Below are positions 14,330-27,700 of a stretch of 64,000 nucleotides of DNA, piece after piece. The stretch is taken from assembly GCA_964016885.1 (NCBI GenBank), contig OZ024741.1:88102001-88166000 (forward strand). Reading direction: 5' to 3'. The position numbers and the translations under genes are program-made. Every line of letters begins with the position of its first letter. Position 1 is the first letter of the stretch. The notes beneath the pieces are model-generated. The model was not told the origin of the DNA and did not search any database. It was given only the letters and a program-made list of their open reading frames with translations. The stretch is from Eledone cirrhosa. Lineage: Eukaryota.

Positions 14330-14331
<2 letters not shown>
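13842..14331. repeat. 490-bp palindrome made of two inverted 3' ends of a non-autonomous RTE derivative
   Basis: Arms 13842-14081 and 14090-14331 are reverse complements apart from two small indels, with an 8-nt loop AGCAAAGG. An unfolded copy of the arm is at 41061-41315. Confidence 0.93.
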
Positions 14332-14370
<39 letters not shown>

Positions 14371-14390
14371 CATGTATATATGTATGTGTG

Positions 14391-14426
<36 letters not shown>

Positions 14427-14436
14427 CATGTATATA

Positions 14437-14485
<49 letters not shown>

Positions 14486-14491
<6 letters not shown>

Positions 14492-15067
14492 ATGAAAGTC
14501 GAGAGCTGTATAACAAAGTGCAGGGCAATAAAGATAGACGGTAGCCACGGAATAGGCAGACCTAGAAAAACCTGGGACGAGCTGATAAATTCCGACCTCA
14601 CACACTTACACCTCTCCAAGACAATGTCACTGGACCGAGACCTTTGGCGGTACTCAGTAACAGAGAAGACCCGCCTTACCTAAATATATAGTAAAACCTA
14701 CTCCAGCCAGTAGGCATCTCTAACAAAATACACCCCGTCCCACCACCACCACCCCATCCACACCACCCCGTTCTATGTAAAGTTATGTTGGTGCCGCGCT
14801 ATCCAGGCCGAAACAAATGAGATCGTGTAGGTGTCACGACAAAAAAACACACAGTCCACACTGTAATGTGGCCGTGTAGGCAACACGGTAAAAACCTCCC
14901 AGACCCACACTGTAAATGTGGTTGGTGTTAGGAAGGGCATCCAACTGTAGAAAACCTGCCAGACAGTCCTATGCGAGCAAGACAATCACTCTTGCCTCAA
15001 GTCGGACTACCCCCGTCCAAACCCATGCAAGCGTGGAACACGGACGTTAAACGTTGATGATGATGAT
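14486..15067 (+). mobile_element. RTE-clade LINE 3' fragment, main family
   Basis: Encodes [28 protein letters not shown], then the family 3' UTR and a (GAT)n tail; bounded by microsatellite on both sides. Confidence 0.93.
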
Positions 15068-15756
15068 GTGTGTGCATGTATATATATATGTGTGTGTATG
15101 TATGTATATATATATATATTGTATGTATATATATATATATCTGTGTGTGTGTGTATATATATGTGTATATATGTGTGTGTATATATATATGTATATATGT
15201 GTGTGTATATACATATATGTATATATATATGTATATATGTGTGTGTATATACATATATGTATATATGTGTATATACATATGTGTGTGTATATACATATGT
15301 ATATATGTGTATATACATATATGTATGTGTATATATATTTATGTGTGTATATGTATGTGTATATATATTTATGTGTGTATATATATGTGTATATATATGT
15401 GTGTATATATATATGTGTGTATATATGTGTGTATATGTGTGTGTGTGTATATAGGTGTATACATATGTATGTATGTATATATGTGTATATATATGTGTGT
15501 GTGTATATATATATGTGTGCGTGTATATATGTGTGTATATATACGTGTATTGCAAACTTGACTGTCAACACTGAATATGAACCTGAAGATTGCGGAAGCA
15601 TGAAAGTACTTGTTCAATTAACATTTAATATTCTACCATACTATTTCATTATAATATCATTATAATTTTAAAGGATTCTAAATAAAACGAGTAAATCAAA
15701 GTTGGAATTCCTTTTATTAATATAATCTTCTATACACAATCATACACACTTGTGTA

Positions 15757-15796
<40 letters not shown>

Positions 15797-16120
15797 TGTG
15801 TGTGTGTATATATATATGTGTATATAAATATGTGTGTGTGTATATATATGTGTATATATATATGTGTATATATATATGTGTATATATATATGTGTACATA
15901 TATATGTGTATATATATATGTGTGTATATATATATGTGTATATATATATATGTGTATATATATATATGTGTATATATATATATGTGTATATATATATGTG
16001 TATATATATATATGTGTATATATATATATATGTGTATATATATATATGTGTATATATATATATGTGTATATATATATATGTGTATATATATATATGTGTA
16101 TATATAGATGTGTATATATA
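15068..16120. repeat. Two (TG)/(TA) microsatellite blocks (about 15068-15548 and 15765-16120)
   Basis: Directly visible. Confidence 0.95.
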
Positions 16121-18520
16121 ATGTATCTGGAAGCCACATATTAGAATCACAGATAACAACAAAAAATCATCAAAATTAATGGGACCCAAACATGCTCAGG
16201 ATAGTTATATCCTCAACTTAATGTTATCAGCTCCATCTACAAGTGATCACAATCGGTGGTCCCATCCCTAATGGTCACTGTGCCAAATGTGTGGGAGCGT
16301 TTTGTATCTGCATTTATTGCCATTAGCTGTTTCAGCTGTTTTCTTGCCTTTTACTCTTCACAAGTCCCCCTCCCCACCCTACTACCATCTATGCCGAAAA
16401 TGTGGCCTGTGTGCTCAGCTAATTGTCTCCATCCAGCTGCTTTTTTGGAGACTTATGTCATTTCCTTTATTCTGTTTTTTTTTTTCCTGTGTAAGGAAGT
16501 GACCACACATGGAGATGGGGAAACTCCAGAGTAGCAGATTATACTCCCAGACTTGTGTGACTGGTCAGATTGATATCCAATCAATGTCTACAGGAAAAAC
16601 CTGGCAGGGAGGTAATGGAAAGCTTGCAACAGTATGAATTCAACTAAATTCAACCAAAGGACCAAGTAGTGGTGTCAATCCTTCTGATACTAGATCATTT
16701 GTAACCATCCCTGGTTCTATGATACAAAGCTGTTTGTTTTAAAGTGTTTATATTTATCAAAAAAACATTCCATCATAATTTGATGTAAGAACCTTTGTTA
16801 TGCTCCAAACTAGCTTAATAATGAAAAAGTTAGTTATATTACTAAATACCTCAAAATTATTCATTATTTTCCAAATTATTTGAGAAGTATGGTAAAAAAA
16901 AGGGTTAAACTGGGCAGTGTATGTAATGTGACTATCCTCTCTTTATTCAGACAGGGAAACTACATCATCCAATATCTTAATTTAAAAAAAATCTTTTAAT
17001 TTTTTATTTCAATAGAACGTTTAATTTGAATTAAAGGAGATTTGGCTACTAATTTTGGCAGGTTCAGAGATGAAAGAGAGAGATTTCCTGGTTATTCAAA
17101 ATAGAAGACAAACATATAGCTTGGGTGGATATATGTTGTGACTGGAATGTTGATAGTGAGTAATGATTGGAGATTTGGACATGTTAGATATATATATCTG
17201 TGAAGTATTGGAGATTTGGACATGTTAGATATATATATACCTGTGAAGTATTGTAAGATCTCAAGAAATAAAAATATAGCTGATGGTTCATTTCCCTTGT
17301 CTTGTCTTCCTTTTTTTCTTCTCTCATTCTCTGTCAATATTATATTTAGTATAGATTTGGAAAGATATTTCACTTACGGTCATTATTTTCTGTTATCTTC
17401 TTGGAGAATAGCAAAATTGGTATCGTCAGACAAAATACTTTGTGCTATTTAGTTCCAGTTCTTTATGTTCTGTGTTCAAATTTTGCTGTAGTCAACTTTC
17501 CCTTTCTTATACATTTATAAGAAAGATTAAAAGAATTTAGCTTATAAACATTTATAATAAAATCAAATGTTATAAAATTGTGAAATATGAAATTATTTTG
17601 ATGTTTTTCTTGATACACATAAACAATATATACTTGATATTTTAAAAAAATGATAACGACTTTAATAAGATTGTAATGACAGAAAGCCAGACAGATGGAC
17701 AGAAGTGACAATGAAGTGAATCTTAAGTTTAATGATAGAATCAAGAACTGAGAGGGGGTTGACAACTGTGAAGGAGTCATGCACAGAGAGAAAAAGAGAT
17801 GTAAATTTTAAACAAACATTGTGTTTAAAATGAAAAATATAAGCAAGTTTATAAACTGTATTAGCATGATAATCTTGAAAAGTACAAAACGGCACTACAA
17901 CTATATCACATGAAAAATTAGTCTTTACTCTAATACTCCAAATTTTTGCAACAATCTGTCCACTAGTAAAAATATTGCAGACATTTGAATTAGCCCACTT
18001 TTTTTTTAGATATTTTCTTCTAAATCTTTACAGAATCTTAAAGGTTAAAATATATTAAAATTTTATTTTTTAAGCTTTTACTCTCATTCTTTATAAATTC
18101 AAGTTCTTTAGGATTTTCGTTACATATATAGGTATAATTGAATTATATTTAAGATTTGTCACTCAACACTTTCTATTGACATGTCCAAGTTTGAGTGCAT
18201 AATTAAGCTTTCAATAATAACCAGCAGGACTCAGAGGAATTCCACCTTATATAGATTTTCTTATTTTTATTTTGATGCAGAAATTTATAGATTGTCACAA
18301 CATGGATTTATTATGTTAAAGATACATGCCATTCCATCATTGCGGTTGTTAAATGATAGCACTCAAATTTGTTCATTATGTTAAAGATTCCCATCATGTC
18401 CTTAATTTCTAACCATATTGAAAGCTTAATATCCAAACCCACATCATGACATGCAGAATAATAATATAAATGATCAAATCTAGATTTCAGTATTAACTAA
18501 TCATTTTCCAGAAATAAAAG

Positions 18521-18700
18521 CAGCCTTTGATACTGTTGTTGTTTACTCCCATATCAGCCTTTGATACTGTTGTTATTTATTCCCATATCAGCCTATGATA
18601 CTGTTGTTGTTTACTACCATATCAGCCTTTGATATTGTTGTTATTGTTTAGTCCCATAGCTTATGTTGTTGCTGTTGTTTACTCCTGTATCAACTTATGA
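18521..18700. repeat. Minisatellite, ~34-37 bp unit, about 5 copies
   Basis: Repeats of CAGCCTTTGATACTGTTGTTGTTTACTCCCATAT. Confidence 0.85.
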
Positions 18701-19302
18701 TCCACATGTTGTTTACCCACTCACTTCTTCCTATCAACCTATGATTTTCAATTATTGTAGTGTAGCCCCATATCAGCAATTGAACATCCCTGATAACATG
18801 TTTTAAGGCCATTTCCCTTACTAAAATAGGAGTTAGCTTTGTGGGGTCCACACAGGTTTCTCCATTTTACTCTGTTGTCTTCATCCCTTCCCTGTCACCA
18901 ACCCCTAGAGGGCATCAGACAACATGCTTTGCAGCATATGATTTACGTTCTACATTCAAATCCTGCCATGATTAGCTTTGCCTTTCATACTTGCAGTCTC
19001 AATTAAAGTACCAGTAAGTACTGGGGTCAATTTAATTGACTTTCCCCTCTCCTAAAATTGTTGCCTTGTGCTTAAATCAGAAGCTATGTTTTTCTTAGTC
19101 TTCCACATTCATTTCCATCACTGCTCTCACCCAGTCACCTTCAATCTTCTTCATGACCCAACCATTACATTTCCATTTCTCTTCATAATATTCATCCTCT
19201 ACAATTCATTTTTTTTTTGTCTTCCTCTCTCTGATAATTTGCTAATCCATGATGTTGAAAGAAAACAAATTAATGTATCTTTTTTTTTCCAATATTCTCT
19301 AG

Positions 19303-19425
19303 GTTGAACAACGAGATGTTCCAGGTATTGATAGTGCCTTCTTGGCAATGGACACGGAAGAGGGAATGGAAGTTGTGTGGAATGAGGTTCAGTTTTCAGA
19401 AAAGAAAAATTTTAAGGCACAACAG
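19303..19425 (+). CDS. NRBP1: Nuclear receptor-binding protein (NRBP/Madm pseudokinase), coding exon A
   Basis: Polypyrimidine tract and AG at 19301-19302; 123 nt = VEQRDVPGIDSAFLAMDTEEGMEVVWNEVQFSEKKNFKAQQ; GTAAG donor at 19426. Matches the NRBP N-lobe motif AMDTEEGxEVVWNEV. Confidence 0.96.
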
Positions 19426-20191
19426 GTAAGGAATCAAGAGGTCCATGTCATTCACCAGTTTGAGAGATGCCTGTCTGTTTATGCAGGTATTTTAGACGTA
19501 TGATTGGATGTGAGAGTTTGTGTGTGGCAGTGATTAGCTAACACTTGTCATTCTATTTCTTCTTCTTTCTCCCTCTCTCATGATCATGTTTGTTCTTTCC
19601 TTTCTTATTTTAGTTCTTTTTTTTTCTATTATAAATTTATTTATTTCAAGTTGCTTTTTACTCTTTTTAACACTTTTTTTATTTGTCTCTCTCTTATGCA
19701 TGCATCTCTTCCTTCTTTTTACTTTGTCTTTCTCTTTCTCTCATTCACTATTCCTCCTCTCTCTTCCTCTCATCCCCCATCTACCTTACTCCTTTATTTC
19801 TTGTCTGTCATTTTGACAATTTACAAAAGAGAGAGTGGAAAATAGACATAGAAAATAATAACATAGGTTGAAAGAAGAGGATTTATACTGAGTAGATTGG
19901 TATGCAAAGAGAGAAAGAGAGAGATAGTCATATCACTGAGATGAAGTAATAGCATTTCCAGCAGCAAAAAGAGGGCTGCTATTGCTATATAATCGTATAA
20001 TCACATACATGCACACACATGCATAAAATGCATCCAGTCAACTCTGTAAAGTGGTAGTGTTGGTGTCACAATAAAATGTCCCCAGTACAACGTTGGCATT
20101 AGGAAGGCCATAGAAAACAATGCCAAATATGGAACCTATGAGCAAGAAGTAGTTCTCCAAAAGGGCTTACTAAATGGAACTCAGGTGATCA

Positions 20192-20548
20192 TTAATCCTT
20201 TAGTATTTAAACTAGCCATATCTAGCCAGAATTCTCTTACCTCTTTCTGTTCCAACCAGTCGTATCCGGCCACCCATACTGATGTTAAGGTATTATTCTC
20301 AAAATAAATAATATCAAAATTCATAGATTCAATGTTATGTGAAATAATTACATGAGGTAAAGCCTTTACTGTAAAAATATAATAATAATGAAAATATTGT
20401 GTACAGTGCTCAGGTGCACTACAAGTCATCAAAAGTGTATGTATAGTACATAGGGTAATGTACAAACGTCAGGAAAATGAAATAGAGTAATCATCATTTT
20501 ACGTCCGCTTTTCCCTGCTTGCAAGTAATGTAAATGCTAAAGGGTTAA
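20192..20548. mobile_element. piggyBac-like MITE carrying a CR1 3' end and an RTE-type tail
   Basis: TTAA-TCCTTTAGTATTTA...TAAATGCTAAAGGG-TTAA ends; the left part recurs at about 56300-56470; 20380-20490 matches the CR1 3' end at about 49495-49600. Confidence 0.6.
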
Positions 20549-21726
20549 AGAGACTAACTCTCACTTTTTCATTAGTTTGGCACCTAGAGCAATAAACGTA
20601 CCTTTTCAGCTTAATTATAGGCAGTTACTGTGGTTTTTTTTTAGATATAAGGTGCACTGATATATTAAATGCACTCTTTAGAAAAATAACATTTTAAGGG
20701 AAAAAATAGTTTTATTTAAAACATTTTTATTGAACAAAGAGTATTATTCCAGATACAAAAGAGCTGCTTTCACCCACATCTATTACTTATTATTCTTTTA
20801 GTCTTTTTTATGAATTAGGGAGTAATGTAAAATAGTTATGTTTTTAAAAGAATTATCAATATTGGCATTAATTAGGTATTAAAATAATTAAACTATACAT
20901 CCCATGAAAAAAACACCCAGTTCACTCTGTAAGGTGATTGGGGATAGGAATGGCATCCAGCCATAGAAAACTGATCAAACAGAGGGTTAAGGAGAATCTT
21001 TAGTTGTGTCAAAGTCATGACAACTTCCCTCGTGTTAGTCAATAAACTCTGATTAAGTACTGACTTGGTCTGGGATAACCCATCCAACCCTTGGTATTAG
21101 GGAAAATGTTAAATGATGATGGCTTTCAATATCAGAATATTACAGTATTATTGCAATTTGTAGATTAATAGTATTCATTTCTATTGATAACATAATTTAT
21201 TGCAAATGTCAAAATGATAAATTTGTTATATTTTAATGTCAAAAACAACCTCCCTCGTGCTGATGCCATGATAAAAGCCATTCAGTAGAATGCAGGAATG
21301 TATGTAAGTAAAATGCATTGGACCATCAGAAAGGTTAGTAACTCCACTTGAGTACTGACTTAGTCTATGAAGACCCATCCAACTGTTGCTAGAGGGAAAA
21401 CATGTTAAATGATGACAAATTATTTTGAAAATTAGTGTTTGTTTCATTTCTTTTAAGTAACATGAAATTTGAAAAGTAAGATTATAATATGATAATTATT
21501 ATATCTGTGTAACATGATATAACTCAGTAGGAAAAGCATATTCTCAAAATTATTGTGACAGATGAAATGTTGTACCCTACTTAGTTTACATTCTGAGTTC
21601 AAATCCTTCCGGAGTCAATGAAACAAATACTTTAACTTGTACTTGAGTTAATTCAATGTGTCTCCTACATATGTGTGTTCTTGTGCCAGTGTAAGAAACC
21701 ATTATTAAAACTACTTAGCACAAGAA

Positions 21727-21960
21727 TTAACCCTTTCATTATCATATTTCTAATGAAATATACTGGCTATAATTTTCAAATCATTTCAATCAAGAATTTG
21801 GAAGGATTTGGCAATGTAACTAACTTATTATTAAGTTGGTTTTTGGAATATAACTTAACAAAGGTTCTTACATGAAATTATGATGGAACGCTTTTAGATA
21901 AATACAAACACTTTAAAATGAATCTGGTGATTTTAAGCAGTTTGATATCAAAAGGGTTAG
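21727..21960. mobile_element. piggyBac-like MITE, second family
   Basis: TTAACCCTTT...GATATCAAAAGGGTTAG ends; related ends at about 22062, 46844, 47555, 54195 and 59120. Confidence 0.55.
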
Positions 21961-23639
21961 CCATGATCTGCAGTAACATTCTCTTCTGGAATGGTGTTGG
22001 AATCTGATTGGATTGAATCATATGCAGTCTATGTGGGATATTTGGATATGTATTTATAATGGTTAACCCTTTTGATACCAAACACCAGATAAATAATGAG
22101 AAAGTTAGTTATTTTACTAAATTCCTCAGAATTCTTGAGTGTCTAGCATTGTACCAGTGTGAGGAACCATTGCCTGTTACAGAATTCATTAATATTTAAA
22201 TATAAATGTATTTGTCTCTGATACAATTATAGTTTGAACACACACACATACACACATGTTTATATCAAAAACATTTCCCCATGACCAGTGACTTTTGCAT
22301 CAAACATACAAATGATAAATATTTGAAATATTTCCCTTATAAATGTCAACTTATATCCATCTACTCTATCCTGCTTATTTGTCAACACTCATGAAGCTAA
22401 TTAGCTATGCTATATTTAGATACTTTTTTAATCTGATTCTTACTCAAAATTCATAATTAACTATTTTCAAGGTTATTTTTCCAATTATTTGGTAATACAA
22501 CCATTATTATTCATAGTATTACCACCACTGTTGTCACCGTTGATAACATTGCTATCAACACTCACCATTCTCACTATTGTCAAATCATTATAATTATCAT
22601 CTCCATCACGACTGTCACTATCACAATGGTCAACTCCACAAAGATGTTGACCTTCACTGTAAAAGCCAACAAAAGAACCCCTATGTGGTGAAGTTGTAGC
22701 AGCTAAATTTCCTTCATATTACAATCTACCGTCTTGAAAAAAGGAGTTCATAGTTGGAATGACTTTGATTGATATAGTTTCACCTCAGGTTGAACAACAA
22801 TCAGTAAAGGAACTACTATGTAGTTTCCTGATTTGCTCAGTGTAATCATCAAGTTTACATCTGCAAAATTGAATCATCATCATCATTTAGCATCCTTGCT
22901 AGCAAGGGCTGGATGTGACATAACAGACTGGTCAGTATTTAAGTGAAGCCACTTACACTGATCTCTAGGGAGGTCAGGAGCCTGACATATAATCTCAGCT
23001 CTACCAAGGGTATTTTATCATGGCATCAACACTAGGTGTTGATACAGCTGCCAAGTCCTCTCATCTCTTTGTTTGTCAAGTTTTCTATGACTGGATGCCC
23101 TTTCTATCACCAACCATTTTATAGAGTATACTGGGTGCATATATCGTGTGGGTCACCAAAACAAGGAAGGATATAATTTCTATGGCACTAGTAAAGAGTC
23201 CTCATGCCTTTGTTTGTTTAATTAGTGACCAATATGCTACATGTATTTTGATGGAGATTTGAGTGCTGTTTCTAGCAGATTTAGCAACTTTATAGATGCT
23301 TTCCTGTTGGCCCAAACTGGTAGTGTATATTAAGTGGTTCAGAACTATACACTACATTCTTTTGTTTAGCTGTTGACATATTACTCTTGATAAAAGTGAT
23401 CTCTTGTTACCAAATTGTAGTTACTCTATTTGTAATAAACTAAAAACATTTAAATTATTACAATTGCCATATTAAATATTTTAAAATGTTGATGATATTA
23501 TGAAAGGGAACACTTGTTCAGACATCTCTACTTTCAAGATAATAACATTTTGTGGAACTACATCCTGTTTTTGTCATCAATACTTTGTGAAATTTACATC
23601 AATACTTTGTGAAATAATGAAATTATGAATTCGACAAAT

Positions 23640-24700
23640 TTCAATTCGGTTGTATAATGTTTGCAATAACAAAAAGAAAAAGAGGGAAACTTAAGAAGGA
23701 ATACCAAACAGTACTAAAAAAAAACAAACAAACAAATCCTCGTTTAAAATAGTAAAGAAAATGTAAAGGAAGGGGTGAACAACCAAGCCAATACCAGAGC
23801 AAAAGACAGGAGTGAGGGGTACTGGGCAACCTCTCTAATGACTTTTGAGGCAAGCCAGCACAATCGCAGCGTTGCTTCGGGTGATGGATTGGCTAATGTG
23901 CTGGAACAGCCAAGCGCCCTCGCGAGATTCGCCAGATACCTCTATTAGGCGAGCCGCCAGTGAAGAGAGGAACCTCACAGTCAGAGGCCCGACTCCCCCA
24001 AACGTCTCGAAAGCCACAGGCCGAAGAAGGTAGCTGGCCAACAGATCAGTATTTGAGGGTCTTACTCCGTTTGGCTGCGGAAACTGTGGCTCTCATCCTA
24101 ACCGCAGCATTCAGGATGTGGGAGAGAGCAAAAGAGGCACTAACAGTGACGTCCCAAACAAGGCACCTGCTTCTCGACCAGGGGCACAGGGTAAGGCCGT
24201 CAAGTATTTGCCGTCACTTCTGGACAACCCAGATGGTTCCAAGACAGGGGATGTTCGCCCAGACCAAAGCTCTCTTGAGGATGAGGTTTAGTTCTGTGTG
24301 ACGTGCGAAGTGGCTGGCATTCAGGCAGCAAGAAAGGCCTGTTGAGTCAAGGAGTTTGCTGCATCAGCACTTTAAACCCATGCAGACGTCAGCTCCCACT
24401 CTGAGGGTGATGGAGACACGAAGTTTGTCCAGGCTGAGTAGGCCACCGACGTTGGCCACGGGTAGGGCATCAACCAAGTCGCCTGAGTATTTGGTGCTGG
24501 CAGATAGTAAGCGGCATCTTGCAAACTGATCTGACTGGACGAAGAGGGAGTCGAAGGTGGCCTTCGAACTTATGCTGTCCCAAGTTCTCTGACTTCGACT
24601 GTCCTCCACCTTCTCAGGAAGAGACAAGCCCAACTCACTCCATTGCTGGAGAGGATGGTGCTCACCAGAGTGGAGGAAAGGAAGCAGGAGAGAGAGAGAG
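23640..24700 (-). mobile_element. CRE-clade non-LTR retrotransposon 3' remnant (restriction-like endonuclease), degraded
   Basis: Minus-strand pieces QRTWD..RLLSAS..SG..ALP..LRVG, CLNASHFARHTELN, DGLTLCPWSRSRCLVWDVTV and PVAFETFGGVG..FQHISQSITRSNA follow the RH / PD-(D/E) / ETFG layout of CRE elements. Confidence 0.8.
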
Positions 24701-24762
24701 GGACGAACAATTATAAATTGAAACTGATGTTCCAGTTTTTAAAGTTTAATCACCAGTTATAT

Positions 24763-27700
24763 ATCATCATCATCATCATCATCAACGTTTAACGTCCGTG
24801 TTCCACGCTTGCATGGGTTTGGACGGGGGTAGTCCCACTTGAGGCAAGAGTGATTGTCTTGCTCGCATAGGACTGTCTGGCAGGTTTTCTACAGTTGGAT
24901 GCCCTTCCTAACACCAACCACATTTACAGTGTGGGTCTGGGAGGTTTTTACCGTGTTGCCTACACGGCCACATTACAGCGTGGACTGTGTGTTTTTTTGT
25001 CGTGACACCTACACGATCTCATTTGTTTCGGCCTGGATGGCGCGGCACCAACATAACTTTACATAGAACGGGGTGGGGGGGGGGGGGGGGGGGGTGTAGT
25101 TTGTTAGAGATGCCTACTGGCAAGGCGGGTCTTCTCTGTTACTGAGTACCGCCAAAGGTCACGGTCCAGTGACATTGTCTTGGAGAGGTGTAAGTGTGTG
25201 AGGTCGGAGTTTATCAGCTCATCCCATGTTTTTCTAGGTCTGCCTATTCCGTGGCTACCGTCTATCTTTATTGCCCTGCACTTTGTAATACAGCTATCGA
25301 CTTTCATGCGCATCACGTGTCCATACCAACGCAGCCTTCTCTCGAGTAAACAACATCTGATCCCTCTTATCTCTAATTTTTTCCTTAGTTCGTTTATGCT
25401 TTGCCGTTCACGTATATTACTGTTACACATCCAGCGGAGCATGCAAGCTTCGTTCCTCTCTAGTCTGCGTATATCCTCTGCACACAATGCCCAGGTCTCA
25501 CTACCATGCAACATTGCTGTTCGTATGCAGGCATCGTACAACCTGCCTTTCATTTTTAGGGAGAACCCTTTAGCAGCTAATAGTGGTATAAGCTCTCTGA
25601 ACTTTTTCCAACCAGTTCTGACTCTAGCTACAGTACTTTCAGAGCACCCTCCCCCACTGCTGATTTTATCGCCCAGGTAACGGAAGTTGTCCACTATTTC
25701 TATAGAACCCTCTGCGCAATTGAAAGAGCTAGTATTTTGTGGGCACTTGCTGCTACTTATTGCACCAGAACACCGGCCACATGTAAAGTCTATGTTCTTA
25801 GTTAGCTTACCTGTGATCCCACTACATCTTTTATGCACCCATACTTTGCATTTAGGACATAAGATGGAGTTTCTACCTACGCCTTTCCTACATACCGAGC
25901 ACGACCATTTCCCAGAAGGGACCGCCGCCTTGTTTTCTTTCCTACAAACTAGAACTTTGGTCTTAGCCAGGTTAATTTTAAGTCCTTTTGACTCTAGGCC
26001 GTGCTTCCATGTTTGGAATTTCTTCTCTAGCTCGGCCATTGATTCCGCTATGAGTGTCAGGTCGTCTGCATATAGGAGTTCCCATGGGCAGCCTGTCTTG
26101 AACTCCTCTGTTATAGCCTGAAGGGCAATAATAAATAGTAGGGGGCTGAGAACAGAGCCCTGATGGACGCCAACTTTTACGCTAAACTCTTCACTATATT
26201 CGTTGTTAATTCTAACCTTGCTGACTGTTTCTTTATACATGGCTTGTATAGCCCTCACAAGCCATTCGTCAACGCCTAGTTTTCTAAGAGCCCACCAGAT
26301 AATGGAGCGGGGGACTCTGTCGAAGGCTTTCTCCAGGTCGACAAAAGCTAAGTAGAGGGGTTTACCTTTAGCTAGGTACTTCTCCTGTAGTTGTCGTACT
26401 ATGAAAAGAGCGTCTGTGGTGCTTTTGCCTGACACAAACCCGAACTGCATTTCATCTAGATCAATTCTCTCTCTGATTAGTTGCGCTATTACTTTTTCCG
26501 TGACCTTCATGACCTGGTCGATTAATTTAATGCCTCTATAGTTACTCCTATCTAGGGCGTCTCCTTTACCCTTATAACAGTTAATGATGATGCTGCTATG
26601 CCAGTCCTTCGGAACAACCCCATTCTGTACGACTTGGTTAACTATGCGGGTGACCATGGTGTGTCCCACCGTGCCAGATGCCTTCAGCATCTCAGCAACT
26701 ATTTCCGAAGGCCCAGCCGCCTTACCAGTCTTCATATCCTTGATTGCCTTACTTATTATACTCCCCTCGACTAACACTGCTGGTCCCTCTATCGGGTCGA
26801 TATGGGGGAGACTGTCTTTCTCCCATTTATTCTCCTCATTTAGTAGCCTTTCATAGTGACACTTCCAAGCTACCTTCTTATCAGTGTCAGTGATGGCAAG
26901 TATGCCATCATCGTTAAGTACACACTTCTCCCCGACAATATCACGGTTTTCCTTGACGCATTGCCTGGCAATCCTGAACACCTCACGTTTTTGGTCATCG
27001 CGTTGTAGAACATGCTTGAACTTTCTTTCCTCAGCTTCCCTTCTTGCTAAGTACACTTCTCTCCTAGCTTCCCTCCTGGCCACTTGATAGTCTACTCTAC
27101 TTCCCCCATCCCGCCATACTTTCCAAGCCTGCTTTTTGGCCTTAATTGACCCCTCCACCCTACTGTTCCACCACCATGTTACTCTCCTCCTGCCTACAGG
27201 CCTGCTCCAGCCACAGACTTCGTCTGTCGCCAACAGCAGGTTTGCTTTCAGAAATTCCCACTGTCCCTCTATATTGTCCGATTCTAGATGCTCTTCCTTA
27301 CTGTCGAAAGCATCAAGTAATATGCTTTGAAATTTATTTCTGGCTGTGGGGTCCTTTAGTTTCCATATTTTCCTCCTGAGGATAGTCCTCTTCTGCTGTC
27401 GGGTACGTCTCGTCCTGACTATGAGGTCGCTAATTATCAGTCTATGTTGGGAGGTGCATTCTTCATGGGGGAGGGATTTAGTGTTTACAACAGACACTCT
27501 GTCACGTCTTCTGGTAAGGATATAATCTACCTGGCTTGTGTGTTCCCCGGATCTATAGGTAATCAGGTGATTGTCACGTTTTTTGAAGTTAGTGTTACAG
27601 ATAGTTAGGTTATTTGCATCACAGTATTCCAGGATTCTGGAGCCTTCCTCATTTCTAGTACCAAACCCATAGCCTCCATGGATTTCGTCGTAGCCGTCAC

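Noticed and set aside
9915-15067. One large inverted duplication centred on the 14-kb palindrome
   Set aside because: The flanking LINE copies have different truncation points and several substitutions, so they look like independent insertions.
6392-16189. Long ORFs up to 942 aa rich in Y/I/C/V/M or H/T
   Set aside because: Translations of (TA)/(TG) microsatellites, open in several frames only because the repeat lacks stop codons.
18521-18700. CRISPR-like spacing of ~35-bp repeats
   Set aside because: Head-to-tail minisatellite without unique spacers, in a eukaryotic intron with no cas genes.
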